Position numbers and translations under genes: made by a program
Assembly (NCBI GenBank): GCA_018607785.1
Contig: JABBAU010000026.1
Coordinates: 10,749-74,748 of the forward strand
DNA from: Methylobacillus sp.
Lineage (GTDB): Bacteria; Pseudomonadota; Gammaproteobacteria; Burkholderiales; Methylophilaceae
Reading direction: 5' to 3'
DNA: 64,000 nucleotides
In this document: positions 40,432 through 52,164 of the stretch, one piece after another
Position numbering within the stretch: the stretch's first letter is position 1
How the letters are laid out: each line of letters starts with the position of its first letter
The notes under the pieces: generated by a model
Database searches by the model: none
What the model saw: the letters and a program-made list of their open reading frames with translations, nothing else
Told to the model about the DNA's origin: nothing

Positions 40432-40872
40432 ATGACTAATATTAACAAAAAATCACTCCAAGGAAACATTTTGTCTTTCGATTTTGGTGAAAAAAGAGTA
40501 GGCGTTGCTATTGGAAATAACATCACGAATAATGTTCACCCACTTGAAACAATTGAAACACCAAAAAAAATTGAAAGATACAAAAAAATTGAGTCCCTTT
40601 TAACGATATGGAAGCCGATTAAACTAGTTATAGGCTATCCATTAAATGACGATGGTAGTGAATCAAGAATGAGTTTATTGGCGAGGAAATTTGGAGAAAA
40701 GCTTAAAAACAAGTTCAATATTGCAGTATATTTTGTTGATGAAAGATTTAGCTCTTCTGAAGCCGAAATTAAACTTAAGACTTTAGAAAAAAATTTAAGA
40801 AAAAGAAAACATATTATTGATCAAGTTGCAGCTATGATAATTCTAGATTCTTTTTTTGAAAATGATAATTAA
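40432..40872 (+). CDS. ruvX: Holliday junction resolvase-like / pre-16S rRNA nuclease YqgF
   Basis: The conserved N-terminus SFDFGEKRVGVAIGN starts about 14 residues after ATG 40432. The ORF-track TTG 40339 extension spans the putative terminator and is rejected. Confidence 0.85.
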   Translation: MTNINKKSLQGNILSFDFGEKRVGVAIGNNITNNVHPLETIETPKKIERYKKIESLLTIWKPIKLVIGYPLNDDGSESRMSLLARKFGEKLKNKFNIAVYFVDERFSSSEAEIKLKTLEKNLRKRKHIIDQVAAMIILDSFFENDN

Positions 40873-40883
40873 AATACTTTTTT

Positions 40884-41822
40884 ATGGCAATAAAGCAAAA
40901 AAATAAATCTAAAGAAATTCAGCATCTTCTATCTATCAAAGATATGGATTTGAAAACAATAGAAGATATTTTTCTCAGTGCCGATAAATATCTACAAAAT
41001 AAAAATATAAATAAATATGAGATATTAAAAGGAAAAACTGTCTGCAACTTATTTTTTGAAAATAGCACCAGAACCCAAACAACATTTGAAATTGCTGCAA
41101 AAAGGCTTTCTGCAGATGTCATTAATCTAGATATTGCAACATCATCTCAGTCTAAGGGTGAGTCTATTCTTGATCTTATCAATAATTTAATAGCTATGGG
41201 TGTAAGTATTTTTGTTGTTAGGCACTCAAAACCTGGCATTCCAGAATTAATTGCAAAAAGTATAAAAAACAATGCCAGCATAATTAATGCAGGAGATGGT
41301 AACAAAGAACACCCTACACAAGCTTTACTGGATGCCTACACTATCAGAAACTTTAAAAAACCATTTTCAAATTTAAAGGTTGCAATTGTTGGTGATATAG
41401 AACATTCAAGAGTTGCTAAGTCAGAAATTTATATTTTAAACAAACTAGGAACGAAAGAAGTTCGGGTTATTGGACCAAAAACATTAATGCCAAAAAATAT
41501 TGAAGAATTTAATGTGAAAGTTTTTGAGACAATGGAGCAGGGATTAGTTGATGTAGATGCTATCTTGATGCTAAGGATTCAAAAAGAAAGAATGAAAAAA
41601 GATACTATTCCATCAGAAAAGAAATATTTTGAAAATTTCGGATTAAATAAGGAACGACTAAAATACGCAAAAAAAGATTGTTTAGTGCTTCATCCTGGTC
41701 CAATAAATAGAGGTGTTGAAATCGATTCATTGGTGGCGGATGGAAATCAATCTGTCATACTAGAACAAGTTAAAAATGGAATTGGAATAAGAATGGCAGT
41801 TATGGAAAAAATGGATAAATAA
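40884..41822 (+). CDS. pyrB: Aspartate carbamoyltransferase catalytic subunit
   Basis: 312 aa. FFENSTRTQTTFE (STRT), HPTQALLD and HPGPINRG motifs. No pyrI is adjacent. Confidence 0.93.
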   Translation: MAIKQKNKSKEIQHLLSIKDMDLKTIEDIFLSADKYLQNKNINKYEILKGKTVCNLFFENSTRTQTTFEIAAKRLSADVINLDIATSSQSKGESILDLINNLIAMGVSIFVVRHSKPGIPELIAKSIKNNASIINAGDGNKEHPTQALLDAYTIRNFKKPFSNLKVAIVGDIEHSRVAKSEIYILNKLGTKEVRVIGPKTLMPKNIEEFNVKVFETMEQGLVDVDAILMLRIQKERMKKDTIPSEKKYFENFGLNKERLKYAKKDCLVLHPGPINRGVEIDSLVADGNQSVILEQVKNGIGIRMAVMEKMDK

Positions 41823-41911
41823 TAATTTAAGTTTTTTAAAAACAATATGTCATCGCTTAACTTTAAAAAAATATATAATAATGACTAAATAATTTAATCA
41901 GGAAAATAACT

Positions 41912-42043
41912 ATGCTCGAAAAATTAATAAATGCTCTTCTCGGAAAAGATACAAATGCTAAGAAAAAACCAGCAGCAAAGAAAAAGCCTGTAGCTAAGAA
42001 AAAACCAGCAGCAAAGAAAAAGCCTGTAGCTAAGAAAAAATAA
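41912..42043 (+). CDS. Hypothetical 43-aa lysine-rich small protein (KKKPAAKKKPVA repeats)
   Basis: Hand-translated: MLEKLINALLGKDTNAKKKPAAKKKPVAKKKPAAKKKPVAKKK. AGGAA at 41900-41904, 7 nt before the ATG. Terminator at 42071-42100. Below the ORF-track size cutoff. Confidence 0.55.
   Translation: MLEKLINALLGKDTNAKKKPAAKKKPVAKKKPAAKKKPVAKKK
41957..42040 (+). repeat. Perfect 36-bp tandem repeat, 2.33 copies
   Basis: The unit gctaagaaaaaaccagcagcaaagaaaaagcctgta occurs at 41957-41992 and 41993-42028. A 12-nt partial copy follows at 42029-42040. No mismatches. It lies inside the small CDS. Confidence 0.95.
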
Positions 42044-42070
42044 TCAAAACTTTTTGATAAAATTTACATA

Positions 42071-42100
42071 AACCAGGCTTTGAGCTTGGTTTTTTGTTTT
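42071..42100 (+). terminator. Rho-independent terminator after the lysine-rich small ORF
   Basis: 8-bp stem aaccaggc/gcttggtt (one G-U pair), loop tttga, then TTTTTTGTTTT. Confidence 0.7.
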
Positions 42101-42107
42101 AAAAGAT

Positions 42108-42785
42108 ATGTTAGAAATTAAAGATAATATAAAAACTGTTCGAGAAGAAATTGAACAAAATCCTAATACAGGCGAAAAAAATATTCGTCTTGTAGCCGTT
42201 AGCAAAGGGCAAAATTATTCTGCAATAAAGGCTGCATTTGATGCAGGTCAAAGTATTTTTGGTGAAAATTATGTTCAGGAAGCACTTGAAAAAAAAGAAT
42301 TTCTTAACAGCCTTGATATTGAGTGGCATTTTATAGGCCCTATTCAGAGTAATAAATGTAAACTCATATCAGAACATTTTTCATGGGTTCAAACTGTTGA
42401 CCGAATCAAAATAGCAAATAAATTAAACCAAAATAGAGATACAAAAAATCCATTAAATATTTGCATTCAAATTAATATTAGTGATGAAGCTTCCAAAAGT
42501 GGAATAAATGTTAGTGAAGTATTTGATTTTGCTGAGCTTGTGCATAATCTTAAAAGTTTAAACTTAAGAGGAATAATGGCCATTCCGTCAAAAGAAAGTG
42601 AGAGAAAAACTTTGTTATCACAATACAAAACTATGAGAGAAATATACGAAAAATTAAAAATAAAGTATAACTCTATTGATACTTTATCAATGGGAATGTC
42701 TAATGATTACTTGTTAGCTATACAGAATGGGTCTAATCTTGTAAGAATTGGAACAAAGATTTTTGGTAAGAGAAAAATACAATGA
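42108..42785 (+). CDS. yggS: PLP homeostasis protein YggS (alanine racemase N-terminal-like fold)
   Basis: 225 aa. VAVSKGQ (PLP lysine), FGENYVQE, HFIGPIQSNK and MGMSNDY blocks. Confidence 0.9.
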   Translation: MLEIKDNIKTVREEIEQNPNTGEKNIRLVAVSKGQNYSAIKAAFDAGQSIFGENYVQEALEKKEFLNSLDIEWHFIGPIQSNKCKLISEHFSWVQTVDRIKIANKLNQNRDTKNPLNICIQINISDEASKSGINVSEVFDFAELVHNLKSLNLRGIMAIPSKESERKTLLSQYKTMREIYEKLKIKYNSIDTLSMGMSNDYLLAIQNGSNLVRIGTKIFGKRKIQ

Positions 42786-43627
42786 AAAATAAACTTTATT
42801 TTATTGGATACGGAAATATGGCTGAGGCTATTTACCAAAGAATAGATAAAAAACTATTTGGTAAAATTTTTTTAATTGAGAAAAATAGTGAGCGAAGAGT
42901 TTATATTAATGAAAAAAATTATAAAAAAACCCAAGTACTTAAAGAGCTCAATGGGATAAAATTTAATAATTCAGATATTGTTTTACTAGCCGTTAAACCC
43001 AACCAAATTAAATCGGTCTGTGAAGAAATCAATTCGTTAATTTTAGGAAAAAAAGATATCCCAATAATAATTTCTATTGCTGCAGGGGTTACAACTACTG
43101 CAATCAAAAACTTTATTATTAATAATTTAACTAATCTTCAAAACGATATAGATATTTTTAGAGCAATGCCAAATTTATGTGCAAGAGATGGTGAAGCTAT
43201 AACAGGTTTATATGGCAAATCTAAACAAATAAATAAATCAAATCTAACCACTATTATTTCAAAAATATTTAAGTCTATAGGGGAAATTTTATGGGTAAAG
43301 AAAGAATCAGACTTAGATATTGTCACTGCGATATCTGGAAGTGGGCCTGCGTATATTTTTTATTTCATAGATACCATGATCAAATCAGCAGTAGAACTCG
43401 GACTAGACAAAAAAAATGCCAAAAAGTTAGTAATACAAACGGTCATTGGATCAGGAAAGGCTGGCATATCTATTGATAATTTTGCAGAACAAATTTCCAA
43501 AGTTGCATCTAAAGGTGGCACTACGGAGGCAGCCATAAATCTACTTAATAAAAAAAATCTAGATGTAATTTTTACCCAGGCAATTAAAGCAGCCTATTCT
43601 AAATCAAAAGAAATTAGCCTCCCTTAA
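42782..43627 (+). CDS. proC: Pyrroline-5-carboxylate reductase
   Basis: 281 aa. Rossmann N-terminus [11 protein letters not shown], then [15 protein letters not shown] and [14 protein letters not shown] overlap with yggS. Confidence 0.9.
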   Translation: MKNKLYFIGYGNMAEAIYQRIDKKLFGKIFLIEKNSERRVYINEKNYKKTQVLKELNGIKFNNSDIVLLAVKPNQIKSVCEEINSLILGKKDIPIIISIAAGVTTTAIKNFIINNLTNLQNDIDIFRAMPNLCARDGEAITGLYGKSKQINKSNLTTIISKIFKSIGEILWVKKESDLDIVTAISGSGPAYIFYFIDTMIKSAVELGLDKKNAKKLVIQTVIGSGKAGISIDNFAEQISKVASKGGTTEAAINLLNKKNLDVIFTQAIKAAYSKSKEISLP

Positions 43628-44715
43628 TGGCAAAACATATTATTGTAGGTTTATCCGGAGGTGTTGATTCAGCTGTAAGTGCCTGGCTTTTAAAAAATCA
43701 AGGATACAAAGTAACTGGCCTTTTCATGAAAAATTGGGAAGATGATGATGATGATGAGTATTGCACAAGTAAACAAGATTTAATAGATGCAGTATCAGTT
43801 TCAGAAAAAATAGGTATAGATATTGAAGTAGTAAATTTTGCCAAGGAATATAAGAAAAAAGTTTTTTCTCTATTCATTTCTGGTTTAGAAAAAGGTATCA
43901 CTCCAAATCCAGATATTTTATGTAATTCAGAAATTAAATTTGAAGCTTTTCTTAAGCATGCCTTTAAGATGGGTGCCTCAAAAATCGCAACTGGTCATTA
44001 TGCTAATATTATTGAAAAGGATGGTCTTTTTCATCTAGTAAAAGCTTTTGATGGGACAAAAGATCAAAGCTATTTTTTACACAGATTAAATCAATCTCAA
44101 TTGTCTAAATCAATTTTTCCTTTGGGTGGTTTATTAAAATCAGATGTTAGGGCCCTAGCTAAAGAACATAAACTTCATAATCACGACAGAAAAGACTCTA
44201 CCGGAATTTGTTTTATTGGGGAGAGGCCTTTTGCTGAATTCATTGAAAAATATATTAAAAAGAATCCAGGTTTAATTTTTGATATAGATGGAAATGAGAT
44301 TGGAGAACATAATGGAGTAAATTTTTATACAATTGGTCAGAGACAAGGTCTCAATATCGGAGGCACAAAAAATGGAAGTGGTTTGCCTTGGTTTGTTTTA
44401 GAGAAAGATATCAAAAATAATACTCTACTAGTTGGTCAAGGACATGACCACCCTCTTCTTCTGAGTGACGGTTTATTAGCAGATGATTTACATTGGATTT
44501 CTGGAATAAAACCGAAACTTAATTGGGTTTATTCTGCAAAAACAAGATATAGACAAATGGATGCACCATGTGAAATTGATAATTATTCTGCAGGGAATTG
44601 CTCAATCATGTTTGGCCAAAAGCAATGGGCGATTACTCCAGGTCAATCTGTTGTTATTTATGAAAGTAATATTTGTTTAGGAGGGGGTCAAATAAATAAG
44701 GCGTTGAATAAATAA
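43627..44715 (+). CDS. mnmA: tRNA-specific 2-thiouridylase
   Basis: 362 aa. PP-loop [11 protein letters not shown], catalytic-Cys contexts ([20 protein letters not shown]). TAATG junction with proC. Confidence 0.95.
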   Translation: MAKHIIVGLSGGVDSAVSAWLLKNQGYKVTGLFMKNWEDDDDDEYCTSKQDLIDAVSVSEKIGIDIEVVNFAKEYKKKVFSLFISGLEKGITPNPDILCNSEIKFEAFLKHAFKMGASKIATGHYANIIEKDGLFHLVKAFDGTKDQSYFLHRLNQSQLSKSIFPLGGLLKSDVRALAKEHKLHNHDRKDSTGICFIGERPFAEFIEKYIKKNPGLIFDIDGNEIGEHNGVNFYTIGQRQGLNIGGTKNGSGLPWFVLEKDIKNNTLLVGQGHDHPLLLSDGLLADDLHWISGIKPKLNWVYSAKTRYRQMDAPCEIDNYSAGNCSIMFGQKQWAITPGQSVVIYESNICLGGGQINKALNK

Positions 44716-45572
44716 TGAGAAAAAACAGGCTCACAAAAACAATGTTATCAAATGCAATTAAAATAAATATTAAAAATGCATTAAAAGAAGATTTGGGTAC
44801 ATCTGACATAACAACAAACTTATTAGCAAATGATTTAAAAGGCCAAGCCAAAATTAAGATTAAAGAAAGTGCAATTTTTTGCGGCAAATCATGGGTTGAA
44901 GAATGCTTTAGACAAATAGATAAGAATATCAAAATTACCTGGCTAATAAAGGATGGAGATAGAGCAAGAAAAAATCAAACTGTTTGTATTCTTGATGGGT
45001 TTTTTAAATCTATCTTAAAGGGTGAGAGAGTAGCTCTAAATTTTTTACAATTACTCTCAGGTACAGCAACTTCAACTGCATATTTAAAAAGTTTAATTAA
45101 AAATTCTCCAACAAAGCTATTTGATACACGAAAAACAATCCCCGGTTTAAGGATCGCTCAAAAGTATGCAGTTCAAGTAGGAGGTGGCAATAATCAAAGG
45201 ATAGGATTATTTGATCAAATCTTGTTAAAAGAGAACCATAAAACTGCATTTGGCTCAATAAAGAAAATGTTAATAAATATTGATAATTTAAAAAATGTGC
45301 AAGTTGAAGTCGAGAGCATTAAAGAATTTATTGAGGCACTTTCTTTTGGGTCAAAAAATATATTATTAGATAATTTTTCTATTGAAGAATTAAAAAAAGT
45401 AGTTCAACTAAATAACGGTCAAGCATTACTTGAGGCTTCAGGAAATATTAATGAAAAAAATATTATAAAATACGCAAAAACTGGGGTGGACAGAATATCT
45501 ATTGGTGCTATTACTAAAAATATAAAATCAATTGACTATTCAATGCTTTTTTCGCCTCAAAAGCCTACATAA
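44715..45572 (+). CDS. nadC: Nicotinate-nucleotide pyrophosphorylase (quinolinate phosphoribosyltransferase)
   Basis: 285 aa. GERVALNFLQLLSGTATST and DTRKTIPGLR blocks. TAATG junction with mnmA. Confidence 0.9.
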   Translation: MRKNRLTKTMLSNAIKINIKNALKEDLGTSDITTNLLANDLKGQAKIKIKESAIFCGKSWVEECFRQIDKNIKITWLIKDGDRARKNQTVCILDGFFKSILKGERVALNFLQLLSGTATSTAYLKSLIKNSPTKLFDTRKTIPGLRIAQKYAVQVGGGNNQRIGLFDQILLKENHKTAFGSIKKMLINIDNLKNVQVEVESIKEFIEALSFGSKNILLDNFSIEELKKVVQLNNGQALLEASGNINEKNIIKYAKTGVDRISIGAITKNIKSIDYSMLFSPQKPT

Positions 45573-45628
45573 GCTTGAGGAAGACATAGCAAAAGGTTAT
45601 CATATCTGTTTATTATTATTGTATTTTC

Positions 45629-47359
45629 ATGAAAGCTGAAACTATCACTGGTGCTGAAATTGTTATCCGGTCCCTTCAAAAAGAAAACGTTAAATTTGTT
45701 TTTGGTTATCCTGGGGGAGCCGTTCTAAATATTTATGATGCAATTTTCAAACAAAATTCATTTAAACATGTTCTTGTTAGGCATGAGCAGGCAGCTGTTC
45801 ACGCTGCGGATGCCTATTCAAGAGCAACAGGTGATGTGGGTGTTGCCCTTGTAACATCTGGACCTGGAGCAACTAATGCCGTAACTGGAATTGCAACCGC
45901 TCATATGGATTCCATTCCAATGGTAATTATTAGCGGACAAGTTCCTACCCATGCTATTGGCCAAGATGCTTTTCAAGAATGTGATACCGTTGGGATCACA
46001 AGACCTTGTGTCAAGCATAATTTTTTAGTCAAAAATATCAAAAATATTGCAAGTACTATTAAGAAAGCTTTCTATTTGGCAGCCACAGGTCGGCCAGGCC
46101 CTGTATTGGTTGATATACCTAAAGATATAACAGCCGAAACTGCAGAATTTATTTACCCAGAAAATATTACGCTTAGATCATATAACCCTATCAAACAGGG
46201 CCATAGTGGACAAATCAATAAGGCTCTTGAGCTTCTCATTAATGCTGAAAAGCCGATGGTTTACTCTGGCGGGGGTGTAGTACTCGGAGATGCATCAGAA
46301 GCTCTAACAGAATTCGTTCAGCTCCTAGGATTTCCTATCACTAATACACTTATGGGATTGGGAGGCTTTCCTGCTTCGCATGAAAACTTTCTAGGAATGC
46401 TTGGTATGCATGGAACTTACGAAGCGAATATGGCAATGCAAGAATGTGATGTTTTATTGGCAGTTGGCGCAAGATTTGATGATAGGGTAATTGGTAATCC
46501 TGATCATTTTTTAGCCAAACCTAAAAAAATAATACATATTGATATTGATCCTGCATCCATTTCAAAAAGAGTAAAAATAGATATTCCAATTGTTGGTGAT
46601 GTAAATCTTGTTCTTAAAGAACTCATATCAACATTTAAAGAACAAAAAAATAAAAACCTTAAAGTGTCAGGTTCTGGGTGGCTTAAAACTATCAACCAAT
46701 GGAAAAGTAAAGATTGTATGAAGTTTGAGGACGATGGAACTGAAATTAAACCTCAAAAAGTTATACAAAAGCTTCATGAGGTCACAAATGGTGAGGCCTT
46801 TATTACTTCAGATGTTGGTCAACATCAAATGTGGGCTGCTCAATACTATCCATTTAATAAACCTAGAAGATGGATAAATTCTGGAGGTTTAGGCACGATG
46901 GGTGTTGGCCTCCCCTATGCAATGGGATGTCAACTTGCTTTTCCTGATTCTCAAGTTGCTTGTGTAACTGGAGAAGCATCTATTCAAATGTGTATTCAAG
47001 AGCTATCTACATGCAAACAATTTAATTTACCAGTAAAAATAATTAACTTAAATAATCGCTACATGGGTATGGTTAGGCAATGGCAAGAGTTTTTTTATGG
47101 AAATCGCTATGCTGAATCATATATGGATGCACTTCCAGATTTTGTGAAACTTGCCGAATCTTATGGACACGTTGGTATGAAAATTGAAAAATCTTCAGAT
47201 ATTGAAAGTGCTTTGAAGGAGGCATTTTCTCCAAAACTTAAAGAAAGGCTTGTGTTTTTAGATTTTATAACTGATCAAACTGAAAATGTTTTTCCTATGG
47301 TTCCTAATGGTAAAGGCCTATCGGAAATGATATTAGCTGATGGTGCAGAAGATCTATAA
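45629..47359 (+). CDS. ilvI: Acetolactate synthase large subunit
   Basis: 576 aa. ThDP enzyme blocks (GYPGGAVL, TSGPGATN, GGLGTMGVGLPYAMG, GEASIQM). Confidence 0.95.
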   Translation: MKAETITGAEIVIRSLQKENVKFVFGYPGGAVLNIYDAIFKQNSFKHVLVRHEQAAVHAADAYSRATGDVGVALVTSGPGATNAVTGIATAHMDSIPMVIISGQVPTHAIGQDAFQECDTVGITRPCVKHNFLVKNIKNIASTIKKAFYLAATGRPGPVLVDIPKDITAETAEFIYPENITLRSYNPIKQGHSGQINKALELLINAEKPMVYSGGGVVLGDASEALTEFVQLLGFPITNTLMGLGGFPASHENFLGMLGMHGTYEANMAMQECDVLLAVGARFDDRVIGNPDHFLAKPKKIIHIDIDPASISKRVKIDIPIVGDVNLVLKELISTFKEQKNKNLKVSGSGWLKTINQWKSKDCMKFEDDGTEIKPQKVIQKLHEVTNGEAFITSDVGQHQMWAAQYYPFNKPRRWINSGGLGTMGVGLPYAMGCQLAFPDSQVACVTGEASIQMCIQELSTCKQFNLPVKIINLNNRYMGMVRQWQEFFYGNRYAESYMDALPDFVKLAESYGHVGMKIEKSSDIESALKEAFSPKLKERLVFLDFITDQTENVFPMVPNGKGLSEMILADGAEDL

Positions 47360-49504
<2,145 letters not shown>

Positions 49505-49975
49505 TTAAATTTCAATAAAAACAGCTAATTGCTTTAAAGCTTTTGAATAAACATCTCTCTTAAAGTCTATTACCTTATCATTAGGTATCCAATAGTCAAT
49601 CCAAGACCAATCATCAAATTCAGGTTTTATTGCATTTTTAAGGAAAATATCACTCTCGTCTCCTAAAAATTTCAATAAAAACCAAATTTGCTTTTGCCCT
49701 TTATACAAATTATTATCTTTTCTAATCCAATTTTTTGGCACATCGTAATATAACCAGTCATTTGTTTTTCCAAGAATCTTTACTTTGTCTTTGCTGATAC
49801 CAACCTCTTCTTTTAGTTCTCGAAACATTGCATCTTCTATTTTTTCATTTGACTTAACTCCACCTTGAGGAAATTGCCATGCATTTTCATTTGCTCTTTT
49901 AGCCCAAAGTACTTTTCGATCCTTATTAATTATTACTATCGCTACATTTTCACGATACCCTTCTTTATCAATCAT
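49505..49975 (-). CDS. rppH: RNA pyrophosphohydrolase (Nudix)
   Basis: 156 aa. MIDKEGYRENVAIVI matches the E. coli RppH N-terminus. Nudix box GGVKSNEKIEDAMFRELKEEVGI. Its stop codon abuts the psd stop codon with no gap. Confidence 0.92.
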   Translation of the reverse strand: MIDKEGYRENVAIVIINKDRKVLWAKRANENAWQFPQGGVKSNEKIEDAMFRELKEEVGISKDKVKILGKTNDWLYYDVPKNWIRKDNNLYKGQKQIWFLLKFLGDESDIFLKNAIKPEFDDWSWIDYWIPNDKVIDFKRDVYSKALKQLAVFIEI

Positions 49976-50034
49976 CAGTGTTATCCTTATAAATATTAAT
50001 AACTTTTTTTTAATTATTTAACCGTTTAAAAATC

Positions 50035-51018
50035 ATGAAACAAAAAAAATTATCAATTTTTACTTCTAAAATTTTATATTTTTTTATTTTAACTTTTTTT
50101 CTAGTATTTCTTTATTTTATTTACTTAGACAGCTTTAATAAAGAGAATATATCTAAGGCATATATAACCAACCAAGGCGATAATACGGTATCTGTTATAA
50201 ATCTTAATTCATTAAAAAAAGTTAAAACCATAAATGTTGGGGTTGCACCTCTTGGCATAACTGTTCTACAAAAAAAACAATTGGTTTTTATTGGTAATGT
50301 TGGCACCGATGATATCTCGGTCATTGACGCAGTAAATGATAAATTAATAAAAACAATTAAATTACACACTGCGCCACTCAGTCTGACATCAAACTCAGAG
50401 GAAACAGAAATTTATATCACTGACTGGTTCAAAAATAACATTCTTACAATTTCAGTGGAAGATTTGAAAGTGAGTGGTTCATTTAAAGTTGGCAAGACAC
50501 CCTCGGGAGTTACTTTTAATGAAAAATATCAGTATATAATTATCAGTAATCGAGATGAAAATACTATCGAAATTTATGACAAAGACCATAAATTAGTAAA
50601 AAAAATAAAAGCAGGTGCTCATCCATTTGGTATATATTCAATAGATGACTTTGTTTACGTAGCGAATGTTTATGATGATTCTGTGAGTGTTATAAATTTA
50701 GTTGATTGGTCAAAATATAATTTTTTAGTTGGAGCCCATCCATATAATGTAAGAGTTCATAATAGAATTGCATATATCACAAATACCGTTGACGATACAT
50801 TAACCATTTTTGACTTGAGCTCAAAAAAAACTATAAAAACAATAGAAACGGGTGAGACTCCTGAAAATTTAGATTTTAACTTCAAACTAAATCTATTAGT
50901 AAACACAAATTGGGGTGGTGATTCAATATCAATTTTTGATGCTCAAAGTTTACAACTTATAAAAGAAATAAAAACCGGAGCACAAAGTCGTTCGTTCGGA
51001 GATTTTATACTTCATTAA
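50035..51018 (+). CDS. Membrane-anchored YVTN-family beta-propeller repeat protein
   Basis: 327 aa. N-terminal hydrophobic anchor (ILYFFILTFFLVFLYFIYL), then about 7 roughly 40-residue repeats of the form Y(I/V)TN..D.T(V/I)SVI(N/D)....K..K.I.VG..P.G. Confidence 0.8.
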   Translation: MKQKKLSIFTSKILYFFILTFFLVFLYFIYLDSFNKENISKAYITNQGDNTVSVINLNSLKKVKTINVGVAPLGITVLQKKQLVFIGNVGTDDISVIDAVNDKLIKTIKLHTAPLSLTSNSEETEIYITDWFKNNILTISVEDLKVSGSFKVGKTPSGVTFNEKYQYIIISNRDENTIEIYDKDHKLVKKIKAGAHPFGIYSIDDFVYVANVYDDSVSVINLVDWSKYNFLVGAHPYNVRVHNRIAYITNTVDDTLTIFDLSSKKTIKTIETGETPENLDFNFKLNLLVNTNWGGDSISIFDAQSLQLIKEIKTGAQSRSFGDFILH

Positions 51019-51072
51019 AGTTTTTATAGTAGTATATTGAATATTTAAAATTACTTATAAAGGATTTAGGGG

Positions 51073-51507
51073 ATGAAAAAAATTATATTTGCCTTGGTGG
51101 CCATCATGTTTTCAGCATCAGTTTTTTCGCATGGCCCAACACCGCAAAAAGTCCAGGAATCAGTGACCATAGCAGCTTCACCACAAAAAACATGGGAAGC
51201 ATTAAAAAACTATTCTGAATTAAAAAAGATCATGAAAGTAAGGTCTTTCAAGGATAAATTAATGAAAGCAAAATATGAACTCATAGAAAAAGATGTTCCC
51301 TTCTCAGATTATAATGCTCAAATCAGGGTTAAAAAAGGTGCTAACGATAATGAGTCAATTGTTCAGTGGACTGCAAGATTTTACAGAACATATAAATTAA
51401 ACCCACCAATTCCTGAAGGCCAAGATGACGCAACAGCTGTAGCAGCAGTAAAAAAAATAGTGGGGCCTGGATTAGAGGGATTCAAGAAATATGTTGAATC
51501 GCAATAA
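51073..51507 (+). CDS. Secreted SRPBCC-fold protein, MxaD-like
   Basis: 144 aa. Signal peptide ending FSASVFS, with the mature N-terminus HGPTPQKVQESVTI. The C-terminal block VQWTARFYRTYKLNPPIPEGQDDATAVAAVKK resembles periplasmic MxaD-type Polyketide_cyc2 proteins as I remember them. Assignment is from memory only. Confidence 0.55.
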   Translation: MKKIIFALVAIMFSASVFSHGPTPQKVQESVTIAASPQKTWEALKNYSELKKIMKVRSFKDKLMKAKYELIEKDVPFSDYNAQIRVKKGANDNESIVQWTARFYRTYKLNPPIPEGQDDATAVAAVKKIVGPGLEGFKKYVESQ

Positions 51508-51528
51508 AATAAAAATATCAAATAAAAA

Positions 51529-51552
51529 GCGGATCTAGAATCCGCTTTTTTT
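51529..51552 (+). terminator. Rho-independent terminator after the SRPBCC gene
   Basis: Perfect 6-bp GC-rich stem gcggat/atccgc with loop ctaga, followed by T7 that runs directly into the next ATG (51553). Confidence 0.75.
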
Positions 51553-52164
51553 ATGATTATAATTAATCAACAAACCTTACCAAAAGCTTTAGTAATTTGG
51601 CTACATGGATTAGGTGCTGATCAAAATGATTTTATATCTTTCATTGAGAAGCTTCATTTAAATAATTTCATGTTTATCCTCCCTAATGCGCCTTTCAGAA
51701 AAATTACAATGAATCAAGGTTATGAAATGCGTGGCTGGTATGATATTGATTCTTTAAATTTTAAAACTCAAGACAATCTGGGTTTAAATGAATCTAAGGC
51801 CCTAATTGAATCGATTATTCAATCAAAATATAATGTATTGAATAGACCAAAATTATTTATAGGGGGATTTTCGCAAGGAGCTGCTCTTGCTCAATATATA
51901 GGATTAAATTCAAAATTTGAATTTACTAAAATAATTTCACTTTCAGGCTACCTACCTGATATGGTGATTACAGAAAATAAATCTCATCAAAAAATACTTG
52001 CAATTCATGGGGTTTATGATGACATTATTAGCATTAATATAGCAAAGAGCTCCTACGAAAAGTACAAAATTAACAAGAATTTTGTACTAAAAGAATATAA
52101 AATGGGTCACGAGGTAATCGAGGAAGAAATCTTCGATGTAAGAAATTATTTATTAAGTGATTAA
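51553..52164 (+). CDS. Alpha/beta hydrolase, phospholipase/carboxylesterase family
   Basis: 203 aa. LVIWLHGLGAD, nucleophile elbow GFSQGAALA (GxSxG), and later HG..D and GHE contexts for the Asp and His. Confidence 0.8.
   Translation: MIIINQQTLPKALVIWLHGLGADQNDFISFIEKLHLNNFMFILPNAPFRKITMNQGYEMRGWYDIDSLNFKTQDNLGLNESKALIESIIQSKYNVLNRPKLFIGGFSQGAALAQYIGLNSKFEFTKIISLSGYLPDMVITENKSHQKILAIHGVYDDIISINIAKSSYEKYKINKNFVLKEYKMGHEVIEEEIFDVRNYLLSD

Noticed and set aside
41847-41888. 13-codon mini-ORF (MSSLNFKKIYNND) upstream of the lysine-rich ORF, as a possible leader peptide.
   Set aside because: There is no RBS, no regulatory codon run and no alternative-hairpin architecture around it. This is most likely chance in AT-rich DNA.
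41957-42040. Possible CRISPR-like or regulatory direct repeats.
   Set aside because: The 36-nt copies are directly adjacent with no spacers. There are only 2.33 units, and they sit in frame within a plausible small CDS. This is a coding tandem duplication, not a CRISPR array. No cas genes are in the window.
43741-43758. (GAT)5-GAG trinucleotide microsatellite in mnmA encoding DDDDDE.
   Set aside because: It is in frame and corresponds to the naturally acidic segment found at this position in MnmA homologues (E. coli has EEDDGEE). Length changes would stay in frame. There is no evidence of phase variation.
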